A DNA stretch of 63,686 nt, the filler included, from Octopus bimaculoides (Eukaryota): assembly GCF_001194135.2 (NCBI RefSeq). It is 5 parts of 4 records of this genome, joined end to end, with 100 filler letters (N's around TTAATTAATTAA, not from the genome) between each part and the next. Parts side by side here need not be neighbours in the genome. Positions count along the whole stretch, not along the records: positions 26,495 to 48,392 come from NC_068989.1; 4 more parts are not named here. One strand, 5' to 3'. Position numbers and translations under genes: made by a program. Position 1 is the stretch's first letter. Each line of letters opens with the position of its first letter. This document shows, in pieces, positions 35,772 through 48,327 of this stretch. The notes under the pieces were generated by a model that saw only the letters and a list, made by a program, of their open reading frames with translations, searched no databases and was not told the DNA's origin.

Positions 35772-36052
35772 GTTAGTGTTTAAGGTTAATATATGTTTTC
35801 TTACTAATTGTCTGTATTTCAATTGGGGTATGATTTTCAATGCATCACGTGTACAGGGCTAGATTTTAGTGCTTTTCTTTCTATTGGTGAGTGTACATTT
35901 CACTAGAAGATTTGTTCCTATGTACATTTAATTTATTTAATTTTCTCATAGAGCATTTACTTATACATAATTTATTTTTTATTTTATTTAACATTTAAAA
36001 ACATTATAAATTAAATTTATACAAACGTACCCTCACATATTAACTTTACATT

Positions 36053-37860
36053 CATGTAAAGGCAATTGACGGAACAACACTGCCGGGAAAATTCAAATGT
36101 TGGATACTGCAATTTGGATTGTACCCAAGGATAATGTGGCCATTGCAAATGTACGAAATAGCCTCGAGTAGAGTAGAAAGGATGGAACAAAGATGCAGTA
36201 TGTTTATCAGAAAATGGCTTGGTCTGCCGAAACCACTGAATACAACTGCACTATATGGAAAACCCGTGCTGCAACTACCAATAACATCAATCACCGAAGA
36301 ATATAAAGCAGGAAAGGCGAGGACAGTAATGATGCTAAGGTATTCAAAAGATCAGAGCATCCGAGAAAACCCTCCAAAGGTNNNNNNNNNNNNNNNNNNN
36401 NNNNNNNNNNNNNNNNNNNNNNNNNNNNNNNNNNNNNNNNNNNNNNNNNNNNNNNNNNNNNNNNNNNNNNNNNNNNNNNNNNNNNNNNNNNNNNNNNNNN
36501 NNNNNNNNNNNNNNNNNNNNNNNNNNNNNNNNNNNNNNNNNNNNNNNNNNNNNNNNNNNNNNNNNNNNNNNNNNNNNNNNNNNNNNNNNNNNNNNNNNNN
36601 NNNNNNNNNNNNNNNNNNNNNNNNNNNNNNNNNNNNNNNNNNNNNNNNNNNNNNNNNNNNNNNNNNNNNNNNNNNNNNNNNNNNNNNNNNNNNNNNNNNN
36701 NNNNNNNNNNNNNNNNNNNNNNNNNNNNNNNNNNNNNNNNNNNNNNNNNNNNNNNNNNNNNNNNNNNNNNNNNNNNNNNNNNNNNNNNNNNNNNNNNNNN
36801 NNNNNNNNNNNNNNNNNNNNNNNNNNNNNNNNNNNNNNNNNNNNNNNNNNNNNNNNNNNNNNNNNNNNNNNNNNNNNNNNNNNNNNNNNNNNNNNNNNNN
36901 NNNNNNNNNNNNNNNNNNNNNNNNNNNNNNNNNNNNNNNNNNNNNNNNNNNNNNNNNNNNNNNNNNNNNNNNNNNNNNNNNNNNNNNNNNNNNNNNNNNN
37001 NNNNNNNNNNNNNNNNNNNNNNNNNNNNNNNNNNNNNNNNNNNNNNNNNNNNNNNNNNNNNNNNNNNNNNNNNNNNNNNNNNNNNNNNNNNNNGACACAG
37101 AACGGAGAATAGGAATTTTGCTAGAACTGACAGTACGATGGGAAGAGAACATCGACAATGCAGAGAAACGAAAAACTAATCGAAGAGTGCAGAGAACAGG
37201 GATGGACTGTTGAGTATTACCATCTGGCAGTGGGGGCTAGAGGCTTCATTGAAAGAAAAATGACAATGCTATTCAAAAGAAGATTTGCGGTTTCAAGCTC
37301 AGAACTGAGAAAACTGATAAGGAGGATACAGGAGGCGGTCGAAAAAGCCAGCTTCTATATATGGCTGAAGCGGGAAGACCAAATATGACTTGAAAGTCAT
37401 AACATGCCGGCAGGAAAATAACATCATTAGGTGAGACAGGCTGACACTGAAGTGGTTTCGCTGATTGACAGGTGACGGGTCTCGGTTAGAGCATGCGTGG
37501 GCTAAGATTACGCGCCCTCCATTATCAGTTAAAGTTTAGACAGTGTCACGTGACAACTTGCTGGGGCTGCTTGCTGGAGCCTAGCCGCAGGTATAAAAAG
37601 GGGAATTTGACAAGACAGGCAGTCGGACGCTGACACTCGTTGATGCTGCATCGAAGAGGCCAGGGAATAGAAGAAAGAAGACATGCATCCAACACCAGAG
37701 CTGAAGACACCTCCGAAAGGGGGGGGGCGCCACGTCAAAACGGTAGAGGAGTAGGGGCCGAAACTGGATGTGGTTCCTCCTGATGATGTCTTGAGCTAAC
37801 TGGATCCTATAAAGGAGCTGTTGTGGTAGCAGACCACGAAACATGGTCGAAATTCCTCCT
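36053..37860 (+). mobile_element. HERO-like RLE non-LTR retrotransposon, 3' part (gap 36383-37093)
   Basis: LPGKFKCWILQFGLYPRIMWPL..FIRKWLGLP..LYG..LQLP..EEYK; ILLELTVRWEEN...VGARGF...IWLKR*. The GC-richer 3' UTR end is approximate. Confidence 0.8.
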
Positions 37861-38064
37861 ACACACCCATACACACATATGTATATATATTTATGTTAAG
37901 AATTTGGTCTCTCTACCCTGTAATTACTTAATGCAATTATAAATATTTTTATTCAGGTATGTCATCTATTGTAAGGGTTACACTGGGAATATTATTTTAT
38001 AATCATTCATTAGCTATTAGTTTATTCACATCTTTCCTCTAGAATTATTGTTATTATTATTATT

Positions 38065-38121
<57 letters not shown>

Positions 38122-38136
38122 ATTATTATTATTATC

Positions 38137-38340
38137 CAAGGCTGGCAGAACCGTTAGCATGCTCGACAAAAAGCTATTTCACCTGTCGCTACATTCTGAG
38201 TTCAAATTCCACCAAGGTTAACTTTGCCTTTCATAATTTTGGGGTTGATAAATTAAGTACCAGTTGAGCACTGGGGTCGATGTAATCGACTATCTCCCTC
38301 CCACCAAATTTCAGGCCTTGTGCTTATAATAGAAAGGGTT
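38137..38340 (+). mobile_element. SINE family D with (TAT)n tail
   Basis: aaggctggcagaaccgttagc...gcctttcataattttggggttgataaattaagtacc. Confidence 0.85.
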
Positions 38341-38402
38341 ATTATTATTATTATTAGGCGTATACTTGAATAGTGTCTATTTACTATTATTTCTATTTTA
38401 TT

Positions 38403-39720
38403 TTAATCATACTTATTAAACATGTATTTAATTCTGTGCAGACAAGAAAATCCTCTTTCTCTTTTATTGTTGATCAACCCATGCTTGGATGTGATGATTT
38501 GGAAGATTTCCTCCACACATAAGTCATACCTCTTGTCCCCAATGTCATAGGACTTTGCTTTCCTAATTATTTCCCACTTCCGCGTATCGTCCTTATTTCT
38601 TTTTTAAACTTCCAAATTAATTTACTTAGGCTTGTGCTAGCTATTTTCCTCTTGTTCCTAAAGGTATTTTCATGGTTTGTGTAGTTTTCTGTAGTGCCTA
38701 TATAGTAGTAATTTTGTCCCTCAGATACTGTCTCACACAAATATATTAGACCTTTTACTTTTCAAACATTGCTTAATGGGCACCAGTCTTTCACTTTGCA
38801 ATCACAATTTTTATTTTCAATTCCTTTTGTTGTTTCCTTATTAATGACACTGTGCCTATTTTCCTCATTATAGAGGTTATTTTTGCTATGTATATTTCCT
38901 GCATTTTGGATCTTAACTAGTGGTCTATCCCCTTGCTTGGTTCCTTATTTGTCTTAATGTTCAAATTGTTACTTCTTCCATGCTCGTTGCTACCATTATC
39001 CGTATTCACATTGTTTAGATTGTTATCATTGCTTTTATTCTTTCTATTCATCATAGGTTGTAGTTTTATGTTCTTCGTTCTAAGAGGGGGGCGGTTACTA
39101 AGGGTTACTTCACTTCTTTTGTTGGTTGTGTAATTTCGTATTATCATTGTTTTTATTGTCATTTTGGTCATTTAATTTTTTATTATCTAGTGCTGATATA
39201 ATTTGTGCAATGTTTCTCAAAACGCAGAAACCGTCCCTTAATTTGCATATGTTAATAACTTTGTGATATTTGTTTTCCTCTGAAAAATGTTTAGAGACAG
39301 CTCTATAGAATAGTTTCATTATGTTGGTTTTTATTTGTTTCACAAACAGAATTATGAACCATGCTATATCATCTTCATAGTAATTCCTTTTAGAGTGATC
39401 TTTTGTAGGTTAATTACATTTATGCATGTGGTGTAATGTTTTACATAGTTGTTATGGATACCATCATTTAGGTTCTTGGTTTCTTCCATATTATATTTTT
39501 CTATCCTATTTAGGTTTTCGTTTAAGCATTCAGTTATCATGCTGAATTTTGTTTTAGGCTTTTCTTCTATTCCCTTATCTTTAAATCTTATTAGATCCTT
39601 GCCATTTCTATTCAGTCAACATTCTATCTAAAAATGTCCTCATTAGATGAGAGATAAGATATTCTTTTTGATATATTTTCAACTAATCTATGCGTGATGC
39701 TTTTTAGATAATTCTATCTT
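38403..39720 (-). pseudogene. Neptune-type PLE (RT thumb end, Asn-rich linker, Zn knuckle, GIY-YIG), decayed
   Basis: ENISKRISYLSSNEDIF; IKTNIMKLFYRAVSKHF..KYHKVIN; CDCKVKDWCPL..LIY..YYIG..SLSKLIW..DLC..E..LINN. Confidence 0.85.
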
Positions 39721-39816
39721 AGATTAGCTGACCGAAAACTCTTAGATTTTTCAATTCTATATTAGTATCATCAACATTTGCTGTCTCGTTAAACTATGCT
39801 ACACAAATCCCAAAAG

Positions 39817-39886
<70 letters not shown>

Positions 39887-40502
39887 CCTCGTGTTCTGGC
39901 CGCTAACCCTAACCCTCTCTGCCTTACTCTGTCTCTCTCGATCTCATTCACTCTCTCTCCCTCTCTCTCTTTCGATTACCTCTCGCTTCACCAGGACTAT
40001 AAACTAACGCACGCACCCCGATTCCGGCACTAGCTCTTAGAACCTCTGCCGAATATATATGAACCCAGAATTATGATCAGATAAGTTTTCTGTCTTTTCA
40101 ACCTCGCTCATACCTTCTATTTATGCACTGATTCATAACACCTTACTTAGTGCTTTCACTATCATGTCTATTTCATTACCATGTCACCAAATTCATTCAG
40201 TTATTCAAGTTTATCACACAGTCACTTATTTCCATAAATTCTGTCTTAGATTAGCTGACTGAAAACTCTTAGATTTTTCAATTTTATATTACTATCATCA
40301 ACATTCGCTGTCTTGTTAAACTATGCTACACAAATCCCCCAAAAATATCTCTCTCTTTCTCTCCCTCATGTTCTGGCCACTAACCCTAACCCTCTCTGCC
40401 TTACTCTGTCTCTCTCGATCTCACTCACTCTCTCTCCCTCTCTCTCTTTCGATTACCTCTCGCTTCGCCAGGACTATAAACTAATGCACACACCCCGATT
40501 CC
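39717..40502. repeat. ~260-300-bp direct repeat pair (39717-40024 and 40244-40502)
   Basis: Both units run tcttagattagctgac...taaccctaaccctctctgcc...caccccgattcc and differ mainly in (CT)n length. Confidence 0.9.
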
Positions 40503-41058
40503 CCCACTTGATCTTAATACCTTTGCATCATTATGCCCATGGTGCACCCGCCCNNNNNNNNNNNNNNNNNNNNNNNNNNNNNNNNNNNNNNNNNNNNNNN
40601 NNNNNNNNNNNNNNNNNNNNNNNNNNNNNNNNNNNNNNNNNNNNNNNNNNNNNNNNNNNNNNNNNNNNNNNNNNNNNNNNNNNNNNNNNNNNNNNNNNNN
40701 NNNNNNNNNNNNNNNNNNNNNNNNNNNNNNNNNNNNNNNNNNNNNNNNNNNNNNNNNNNNNNNNNNNNNNNNNNNNNNNNNNNNNNNNNNNNNNNNNNNN
40801 NNNNNNNNNNNNNNNNNNNNNNNNNNNNNNNNNNNNNNNNNNNNNNNNNNNNNNNNNNNNNNNNNNNNNNNNNNNNNNNNNNNNNNNNNNNNNNNNNNNN
40901 NNNNNNNNNNNNNNNNNNNNNNNNNNNNNNNNNNNNNNNNNNNNNNNNNNNNNNNNNNNNNNNNNNNNNNNNNNNNNNNNNNNNNNNNNNNNNNNNNNNN
41001 NNNNNNNNNNNNNNNNNNNNNNNNNNNNNNNNNNNNNNNNNNNNNNNNNNNNNNNNNN

Positions 41059-44000
41059 GATAAGGTAATCGGGGTAGTCAGAGTATGCAATAGAATACTT
41101 AAGATTAGATCAGTCCTTCACCATGGGTTAGCAACCATTATCTCGGCCTATGCACCTCAGCCCGGGCTACTCGATGGACAGAAAGACTGATTTTATGACA
41201 CCCTCTTGCAGACTACCTCGTTGACGAATGACAGGGACCTTCTCTTTGTGGCTGGTGACTTCAATGGACATGTTGGACAACATACAGGGGGCTTCCATGG
41301 CGTACATGGAGGCTATGGTTTTGGTTCCCGTAATGAGGAGGGAACCTGACTGCTGGAGTTCTGTGATGCAAATGACCTTATGGTTTGCAATAATAACTTC
41401 AGGAAACCTGCCAGTCACTTAGTCACCTACCATTCTGGCAGACACACTAGCCAATTTGACTACATCCTCGCCAGGAAAAGGGAAAGATGGCTGCTTATAA
41501 GTGCCAAAACCTTCCCAGGCGAAGAATGTACCCCACAACATAGACTAGTAGTTAGTGACTTCAGGATCAGGGCTAAGTGGTTGCCCAGAAGATGACCAGC
41601 ATAAAGGAGAAGGGTCTGGAAGCTTAAAGATCCTGTGAATGAACAGAGATTTAGAGACTTATTACTCGAAGCCTTTGACTAAATAGAAGGGGATATAGCT
41701 TCACATGATGTAGAAGAAAACTGGGGGTTCCTACGGGACAACCTGCTGAGGGCCACTGACCAGATCTGTGGATGGTGCAAAGTCCCCACTCGACCCACAA
41801 TAACATGGTGGTGGAACAATGTTGTTGACAGGGCTATTAAAGAAAAGAAACAGGCTTGGAAGGACTAGAAGAATGGTGGTAGCAGGGAATTGTATCAGAC
41901 TGCCAGAAGGGAAGCTAGGCGACAGGTTTATTTAGCCAGAGGGGAAGCAGATAAGAAAAAATTTGCCAATGTTCTGCGCCGTGAGGACCAAAGACTTAAG
42001 GTATTTTGTGTTGTGAGACAGTGTGTGAGAGAGAATCGTGATGTCATAGGAGAGAAATCTGTTCGCATGGATGATGGTACACTTGCACTAAACGAGGCTG
42101 CAAAGAGAGAGGTTTGGAAATGCCACTATAAAAGGTTGCTCAGTAAAGAGAATGAATGGGAGAAGGAGAGTCTGCCGAATGTCGATCCAACAGAGGGACC
42201 AGCTATCCGAGTTGACAGTACCATGGTAGATAAAGCAATTAAGAGTATGAAGATGGGGAAAGCCCCTGGCCCAACAGAAATCACTGCAGAGACGCTCAAA
42301 ATATCTGGCAGTGTCGGTTATAGCCTAGTCACCCATATAGTTAACCAGGTGATACACGAAGGAGTCATAACCAATTACTGGTGTAGCAGCACCATAGTCA
42401 ACTGCTACAAAGGTAAAGGTGACGCTTTAGATAGAAATAATAACAGAGGTATCAAGCTGTTGGATCAGGTAATGAAAGTCACGGAGAGAGTTATAGCTCG
42501 ACTAATTAGGGAGAGAGTCAGTTTAGATGAGATGCAGTTTGAGTTTGTACCAGGGAAAAGCACCACTGATGCTATATTGCTGGTAAGACAGCTGCAGGAG
42601 AAATACCTAACCAAGGATAAACCTCTGTACCTGGCTTTCGTTGATATAGAGAAAGCCTTTGACGGAGTCCCCCGATCACTTATCTGGTGGTCAATGAGGA
42701 AACTAGGGATAGATGAATGGTTAGTGAGAGCTGTGCGAGCCATGTACAGAGATGCTGTCAGTAAGGTGAGGGTTGGCAACGAGTACAGTGANNNNNNNNN
42801 NGCGAGCCATGTACAGAGATGCTGTCAGTAAGGTGAGGGTTGGCAACGAGTACAGTGAAGAATTCTGGAAAGAGCTCCACCAAGGTTCAGTGCTCAGCCC
42901 CCTCATATTTATGATAGTCCTCCAGGCAATAACAGAGGAATTAAAAACAGGATGCACCTGGGAGCTCCTCTATGCTGATGACCTTGCGCTAATTGCTGAG
43001 TCACTATCAGAACTAGAGAAGTTTCAGGTGTGGAAGCAAGGACTAGAATCGAAGGGCCTTAGAGTCAACCGAGCTAAAACCAAAGTCCTAATAAGTAGGA
43101 AGGTAGACAAAACACAAACACCTTCAGGTAGATGGCCCTGCTCGATCTTAAGAAACGGCGTAGGAAGAAACTCTATAAGATGTACCCAGTGTAAGCTATG
43201 GACACATGAGATGTGCAGCAATATCAAAGGAAGGCTAACTAGGAACTTAGTTCTTGTATGTGGCAGATGTTCAGGAGCAATAAACACTGAAAATATGCAG
43301 AAAACAACTTCTGCCACATTCCAGGGAGAAAACCTACAAGTAGGTGATAGCTTCTGTTATCTAGGTGACCAAGTTAGTAGTGGGGGAGGGTGCGCTGAAA
43401 GTGTAGCTGCTAGAATAAGAATAGCCTGGGCAAATTTCAGAGAGCTCTTACCTTTGCTGATGGCAAAGGGCTTCTCGCTCAGAGTAAAAGGCAGACTGTA
43501 TGACGCATGGGTACGAACAGCCATGCTACATGGCAGTGAAACATGGGCCGTGACTGCTGAGGACATGCTTAAGCTCACAAGGAATGAAGCCAGTATGCTC
43601 CAATGTATGTGTAATGTGCATACTCGACAGAGTGTAAGTACCTTGAGAGAAAAGTTGGACCTAAGAAGCATCAGTTGTGGTGTGCAAGAGAGACGGTTGC
43701 GCTGGTATGGTCATGTGGTGAGAATGGATGAGGATAGCTGTGTGAAAAAGTGCCACAGCCTAGCGGTTGAGGGAACCTGTGGAAGAGGTAGACCCAGGAA
43801 GACCTGGGATGAGGTGGTGAAGCACGACCTCCGAACATTAGGCCTCACTGAGGCAATGACTTGTGACCGAGACCTTTGGAAATATGCTGTGCTTCAGAAG
43901 ACCCGGCAAGCCAAATGAGACCATAATCAGAGGCCTCTGCCAGGGGTGTAGCCAGCCCACTTAGGCGTACCTTTCCTTCATTGGACACTAAACTCCGCTT

Positions 44001-44482
44001 GCGAAGACCTGTTGAGGCAAGTGAAATCGAAATCGTGATGGCACCTGTACCAGTGGAGCACTAAGAGCACCGCCCGAGTATGATCATTGCCAGAGTAGCT
44101 GTCTGGCTTCCGTGCCAGTGGCACATAAATAACACCATTTGAGCGTGATCGTTACCAGCGTCGCCTTACTGGCACGTGAAAAAACATTCAAGCGAGGCCG
44201 TTTCAGTGCCGCTGGACTGGCTCCTATGCAGGTGGCACGTAAAATACACCAGTTTGAGCGTGGCCATTGCCAGTACCACCTGACTGGCCTTTGTGCCGGT
44301 GGCACGTAAAAGCACCCACTACACTCTTGGAGTGGTTGGCATTAGGAAAGGCATCCAGCTGTAGAAACTCTGCCAAATCAGATTGGAGCCTGGTGTAGCC
44401 ATCTGGTTCGCCAGTCCTCAGTCAAATCGTCCAACCCATGCTAGCATGAAAGGCGGACGTTAAATGATGATGATGATGATGA
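41059..44482 (+). mobile_element. RTE-clade LINE, near full length (5' end in gap), several stops
   Basis: EN (ISAYAP, GDFNGHVG, FDYIL, QHRLVV), RT (KAPGP, YKGKGD, FVDIEKAFD, GSVLSP, LLYADDL, FCYLG), C-terminus RLRWYGHV..GRPRKTW, 3' UTR and (GAT)n tail. Confidence 0.95.
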
Positions 44483-44484
44483 CT

Positions 44485-45944
44485 TTCTATGTTGAGGTTA
44501 TGACAAGCAATGGGTCACTAATTGCTAACCTCATTGCCCTATGACCGATCTTTCATGAACAATGCTGTCTTTCCCTCTACAATCCACTCCAGAACTGCAC
44601 TGCTCTGAAGGCAATTGTTCAATTGCAACACAATTTGCTTGTGTGTTGACCTAAGCCACTTGAGCCAGTAGCCTTGAATTCCATCTGGTAATGCCACTTT
44701 CCAGTTTGGCAGCTTTGATACCTTTACAATTACATCGTCCATTGTCATGGAACCTCCGGGTGATGGAGTTCGGATCTCATGGAATGAATCCACTCAGCAC
44801 CGTGGTTATGAGAAACTTCTTGTCCCCAGATGTTGTCCCCAGTGTAGCACTGCACCTTTAATGTTTTTGCTTGCACACGTTGTTTTATGGTTTCAATAAC
44901 AGTTCTGAACCCTTTCTATTCTATTTGGTATTTTGCATCAACATATGGCCTTGCACCTTTTTTTAGCATTTTTCCATTGCCCTTTGGACCTTTCTTCTAT
45001 GCGACTCAGATCTTTTAATATCACTGTCAATTTTCTGCTTCCACCATGGCTCCTTCTGTCCATCTGCTTTCCTCTCTTTCTTTTCAAGCAGTTCACCTAC
45101 TAAAATTAAAGTGGATCTGATCAAGTCCCTTGTTTTCGTTAGATCTTTTGTCAGAATGTATTTCAGAATCTCATCAACATTTTGGGTCACGCATTTCACA
45201 TTGTCACTGGCTCTGTTCTTCTAGCTGTTATATTCTTGAGTCTTATCCTGAGGTTTCTCTGTTCCTCAATCATATCCTCTAGTAATACAGGATTTTCTAC
45301 ATTATATTGATTGGCCAACCTTTCCTCTACTACAACTTCAGCTTGCTTATGCATTCGCTGATCTTCACCTACATTATCCTCCTCGAGATTATACCACTAC
45401 GGAGGCTTTTCCTGATTGTCTGAATCTGGACCTCATTAAGAAAGTCTCTATTCCAAATTATTCTTATTTCATTCATAAGCCCATTTTCAGTAATCTGCAA
45501 CATACTCAGCTGGTTCTAAAGTACTAATGATCTTTTTCCAACAGCTTCACATTTGCCGTTGTTCTTGTCGAGCAAGGCTTGTTCATGGCACTTAATTGCC
45601 TTTTTGTTTTTATCAACAGACCACTTGTGTTTGCAAGCATGTTGCATATTTTGACCAGTAAAATGACTACAACTGGGTGGAGTCTGGTCTTCCATTCCAC
45701 TGTCCTCTGAGGGGCCCCTGTCGGGTGCGGGAGATCTGGTGTCTTGGACATCCAGGGGAGTCTTCCCATTCACGCTGTTATTTGGGTTTGAAATTGTTGT
45801 CATCATTGCAAAGAATAAGAATGATCGTTTATAGGGTTTGCACCCCGGGTGTTTTTATTTGAGATTTTCATGCAAAGGGTTACTCCAAATACAAAACTAG
45901 CTCTAACTTGGTTGCTGGCCAAGGCTTTGATATGCCAAGTTCAC
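44485..45944 (-). mobile_element. R4/Dong-like LINE 5' part, decayed and cut by the RTE
   Basis: KHKW, EPWWKQKIDSDIK, KLPNWK..PDGIQGYWLK..LQLNNCLQ..EWIVEGKTALFMKD: characteristic R4/Dong N-terminus and RT start. Confidence 0.8.
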
Positions 45945-46938
45945 CCTGTGTAACTTGCTGTAAGCCTCCGACAGACACAGAGGTTACACCGACCTATGCT
46001 GAGAAGGGGTGGCACCAATTCCCTGCACTGTTCACATGGACAGCCACATACCGAATTACACTATCTGATCTGTCCTTCCTCTGCAATGTGAATTGAAAGA
46101 GCTGTAACTACTCTTTCTATCATGCCAAATGACTTCTCAGAGAGTCCATTGCTCACTTGTAATCTTCTTTGGTGGACAGGCTAAGCATATGTAAACTAAG
46201 ATTGTTACATTTGCCTTTACTTTTGTAGCCATAGCAAGTGTTCATATCGTTGTTGTTTCTGGCACTAGCTAGGCTATGTTCTCTAACCACAGAATCTGAG
46301 AGGGATAGGTTGGTTGTCAGGTTGTAGTTGCTTACTGCTTTGCTGATGTTGTTGCTTTTGTCTTTGTCTGGGAAGCCTTCTATTGCCATTGTCAATTGCT
46401 GCCTTTATTGTTGAAACTATGTATAGTAAAATAGAAACATTGTTGTTTCTAAATCTCTCAAAGAGAGATATTCAGGAACAGTTCTTTAAAGTAAAAGCTA
46501 TTTGCCAACATAATGTGGCTGTCCTGGAAGGGAGGATTGTTACAGTTGTTTAGCCCCAGGAAACATCATTTCCAGCTGGCTCTATGACACAGTATCTGTG
46601 TCCTTATATTTTCAAACAGGGAGTTCAGCACTCCCATCCTGCACAAAACAACATCTGTGAACTTGGCATATCAAAGCCTTGGCCAGCAACCAAGTTAGAG
46701 CTAGTTTTGTATTTGGAGTAACCCTTTGCATGAAAATCTCAAATAAAAACACCCGGGGTGCAAACCCTATAAACGATCATTCTTATTCTTTGCAATGATG
46801 ACAACAATTTCAAACCCAAATAACAGCGTGAATGGGAAGACTCCCCTGGATGTCCAAGACACCAGATCTCCCGCACCCGGCAGGGGCCCCTCAGAGGACA
46901 GTGGAATGGAAGACCAGACTCCACCCAGTTGTAGTCAT
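45663..46938. repeat. 282-bp inverted repeat (45663-45944 / 46657-46938) with a 712-bp spacer
   Basis: Arms compared by eye; one mismatch seen. Confidence 0.95.
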
Positions 46939-47032
46939 CTCTTTTGCACACCACATCTGATGTTTCATGTGCTCAACATATATATCTATATATATATATA
47001 TATATACAAACACACACATACATATATATATC

Positions 47033-47472
47033 ATCATCATTATCGTTTAACGTCTGTTTTCCATGTTGCCATGGGTTGGACAGTTCGACTAAGGTCTGAG
47101 AAGTCAGAAGGCTGCACCAGGCCCCAATCTGATCTGGCAGTGTTTCTACAGTTGGATGCCCTTCCTAACGCCAACCACCCCGAGAGTGTACTAGGTGCTT
47201 TTTATGTGCCACCGGCACAGGGGCCAGAGGTGCTGGTATCAACCATGACCGGATGGTGCTTTTTATGTGCTACCAGCACGGGGCTCACAACTACAATTTT
47301 CATTTGATTTGATTTTGATATTGCTGTTGATGTTGATGCTGATGTACTTGACTCAATAGGTCTCCTCAAGCACAGCATGTTGCCCTACGATCCAAGGTAC
47401 TTTTGAGTGGGCTGGTTATGTGACACTGGTGTAGGTTACAGCTGTGAACTCACTTTATTTGCCAGGTCTTCT

Positions 47473-47476
<4 letters not shown>
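47033..47476 (-). mobile_element. 5'-truncated RTE (variant 3' UTR)
   Basis: tcatcatcat..cgtttaacgtc..ttccatg..ggatgcccttcctaacgccaacc...; ends with the ORF-end homolog gagaagacctggcaa. Confidence 0.85.
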
Positions 47477-47509
<33 letters not shown>

Positions 47510-48226
47510 NNNNNNNNNNTGGGCTGGTTATGTGACACTGGTGTAGGTTACAGCTGTGAACTCACTTTATTTGCCAGGTCTTCTCAATATATATATATAT
47601 ATACATATAAATGTAAAGATAATTAAATATAGAGATATTCTATTGACAATCCAATAATTCACTTATACTACAACATTACATCAAATACTATGAATACATA
47701 ACATAACACTATATAACATAAATAATTATAAAAATCATAAAAAGCCAACAAATTGTTTTGACTTAAATATATTTTTTCTGCTATATATAATCACAGTTCC
47801 ATTATATATAAAGTCACTTCAGGGTCTTGGATTTAGAAAAAGACGAAATTTCGGTGAAATGATGGCTAGATTGTAAAAATTTATGGATTTTATAATTATT
47901 TGTGATATACAACACTATGCTATGCTATATACTACATTTACAGTAGTCAATGCAATACTGCAATATAAACAAATTATTGGATTCTCAATAGAATATCTCT
48001 ATATTTAATTTATCTTTATAATTGAATTACACTAATATTTATATGGTATCCAACTGACATACCAGTGAATTGGATATTTAACACGCCTTTGAAGGATTTC
48101 TTTTCCTCAGTTTATTACATATAGATATATATATATATGTAGATATAGATATACACACATATATATACATACATACATATATATATATATAAATTTAAAG
48201 AATGGAGTAAACGCATATTATAACTG

Positions 48227-48327
48227 CATACTTTTATTCCGACATATGTTTTGAAGAATTACAATTTATGCGATCCATAGGAATCGGCGATGTTAAAAAT
48301 GTAGACTTCTCCTCAGGGAAAAGTATG
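48227..48327 (-). ncRNA. third copy of the PLE hammerhead repeat
   Basis: Minus strand: catacttttcc-CTGAGGA-gaagtctaca...tgtaattcttc-AAAAC atat GTC-ggaataaaagtatg (G12 changed to A). Confidence 0.7.

Noticed and set aside
37755-37800. cgaaac...ctgatga in the HERO 3' UTR as a hammerhead
   Set aside because: Stems I and II cannot be formed around the core fragments.
42731-42860. Duplicated RT segment around a 10-N gap (same pattern at 47409-47588)
   Set aside because: Assembly overlap artefact; it also creates the apparent split between ORFs 41890-42831 and 42773-43918.
45950-46400. Gypsy gag remnant in the inverted-repeat spacer
   Set aside because: Only a vague resemblance (EDYK..MDSLRSH..FQFTL) with several stops; not enough to call.
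46520-46656. HDV-like ribozyme at the putative R4 5' end
   Set aside because: Could not find the P3/L3 and nested pseudoknot pattern by eye.
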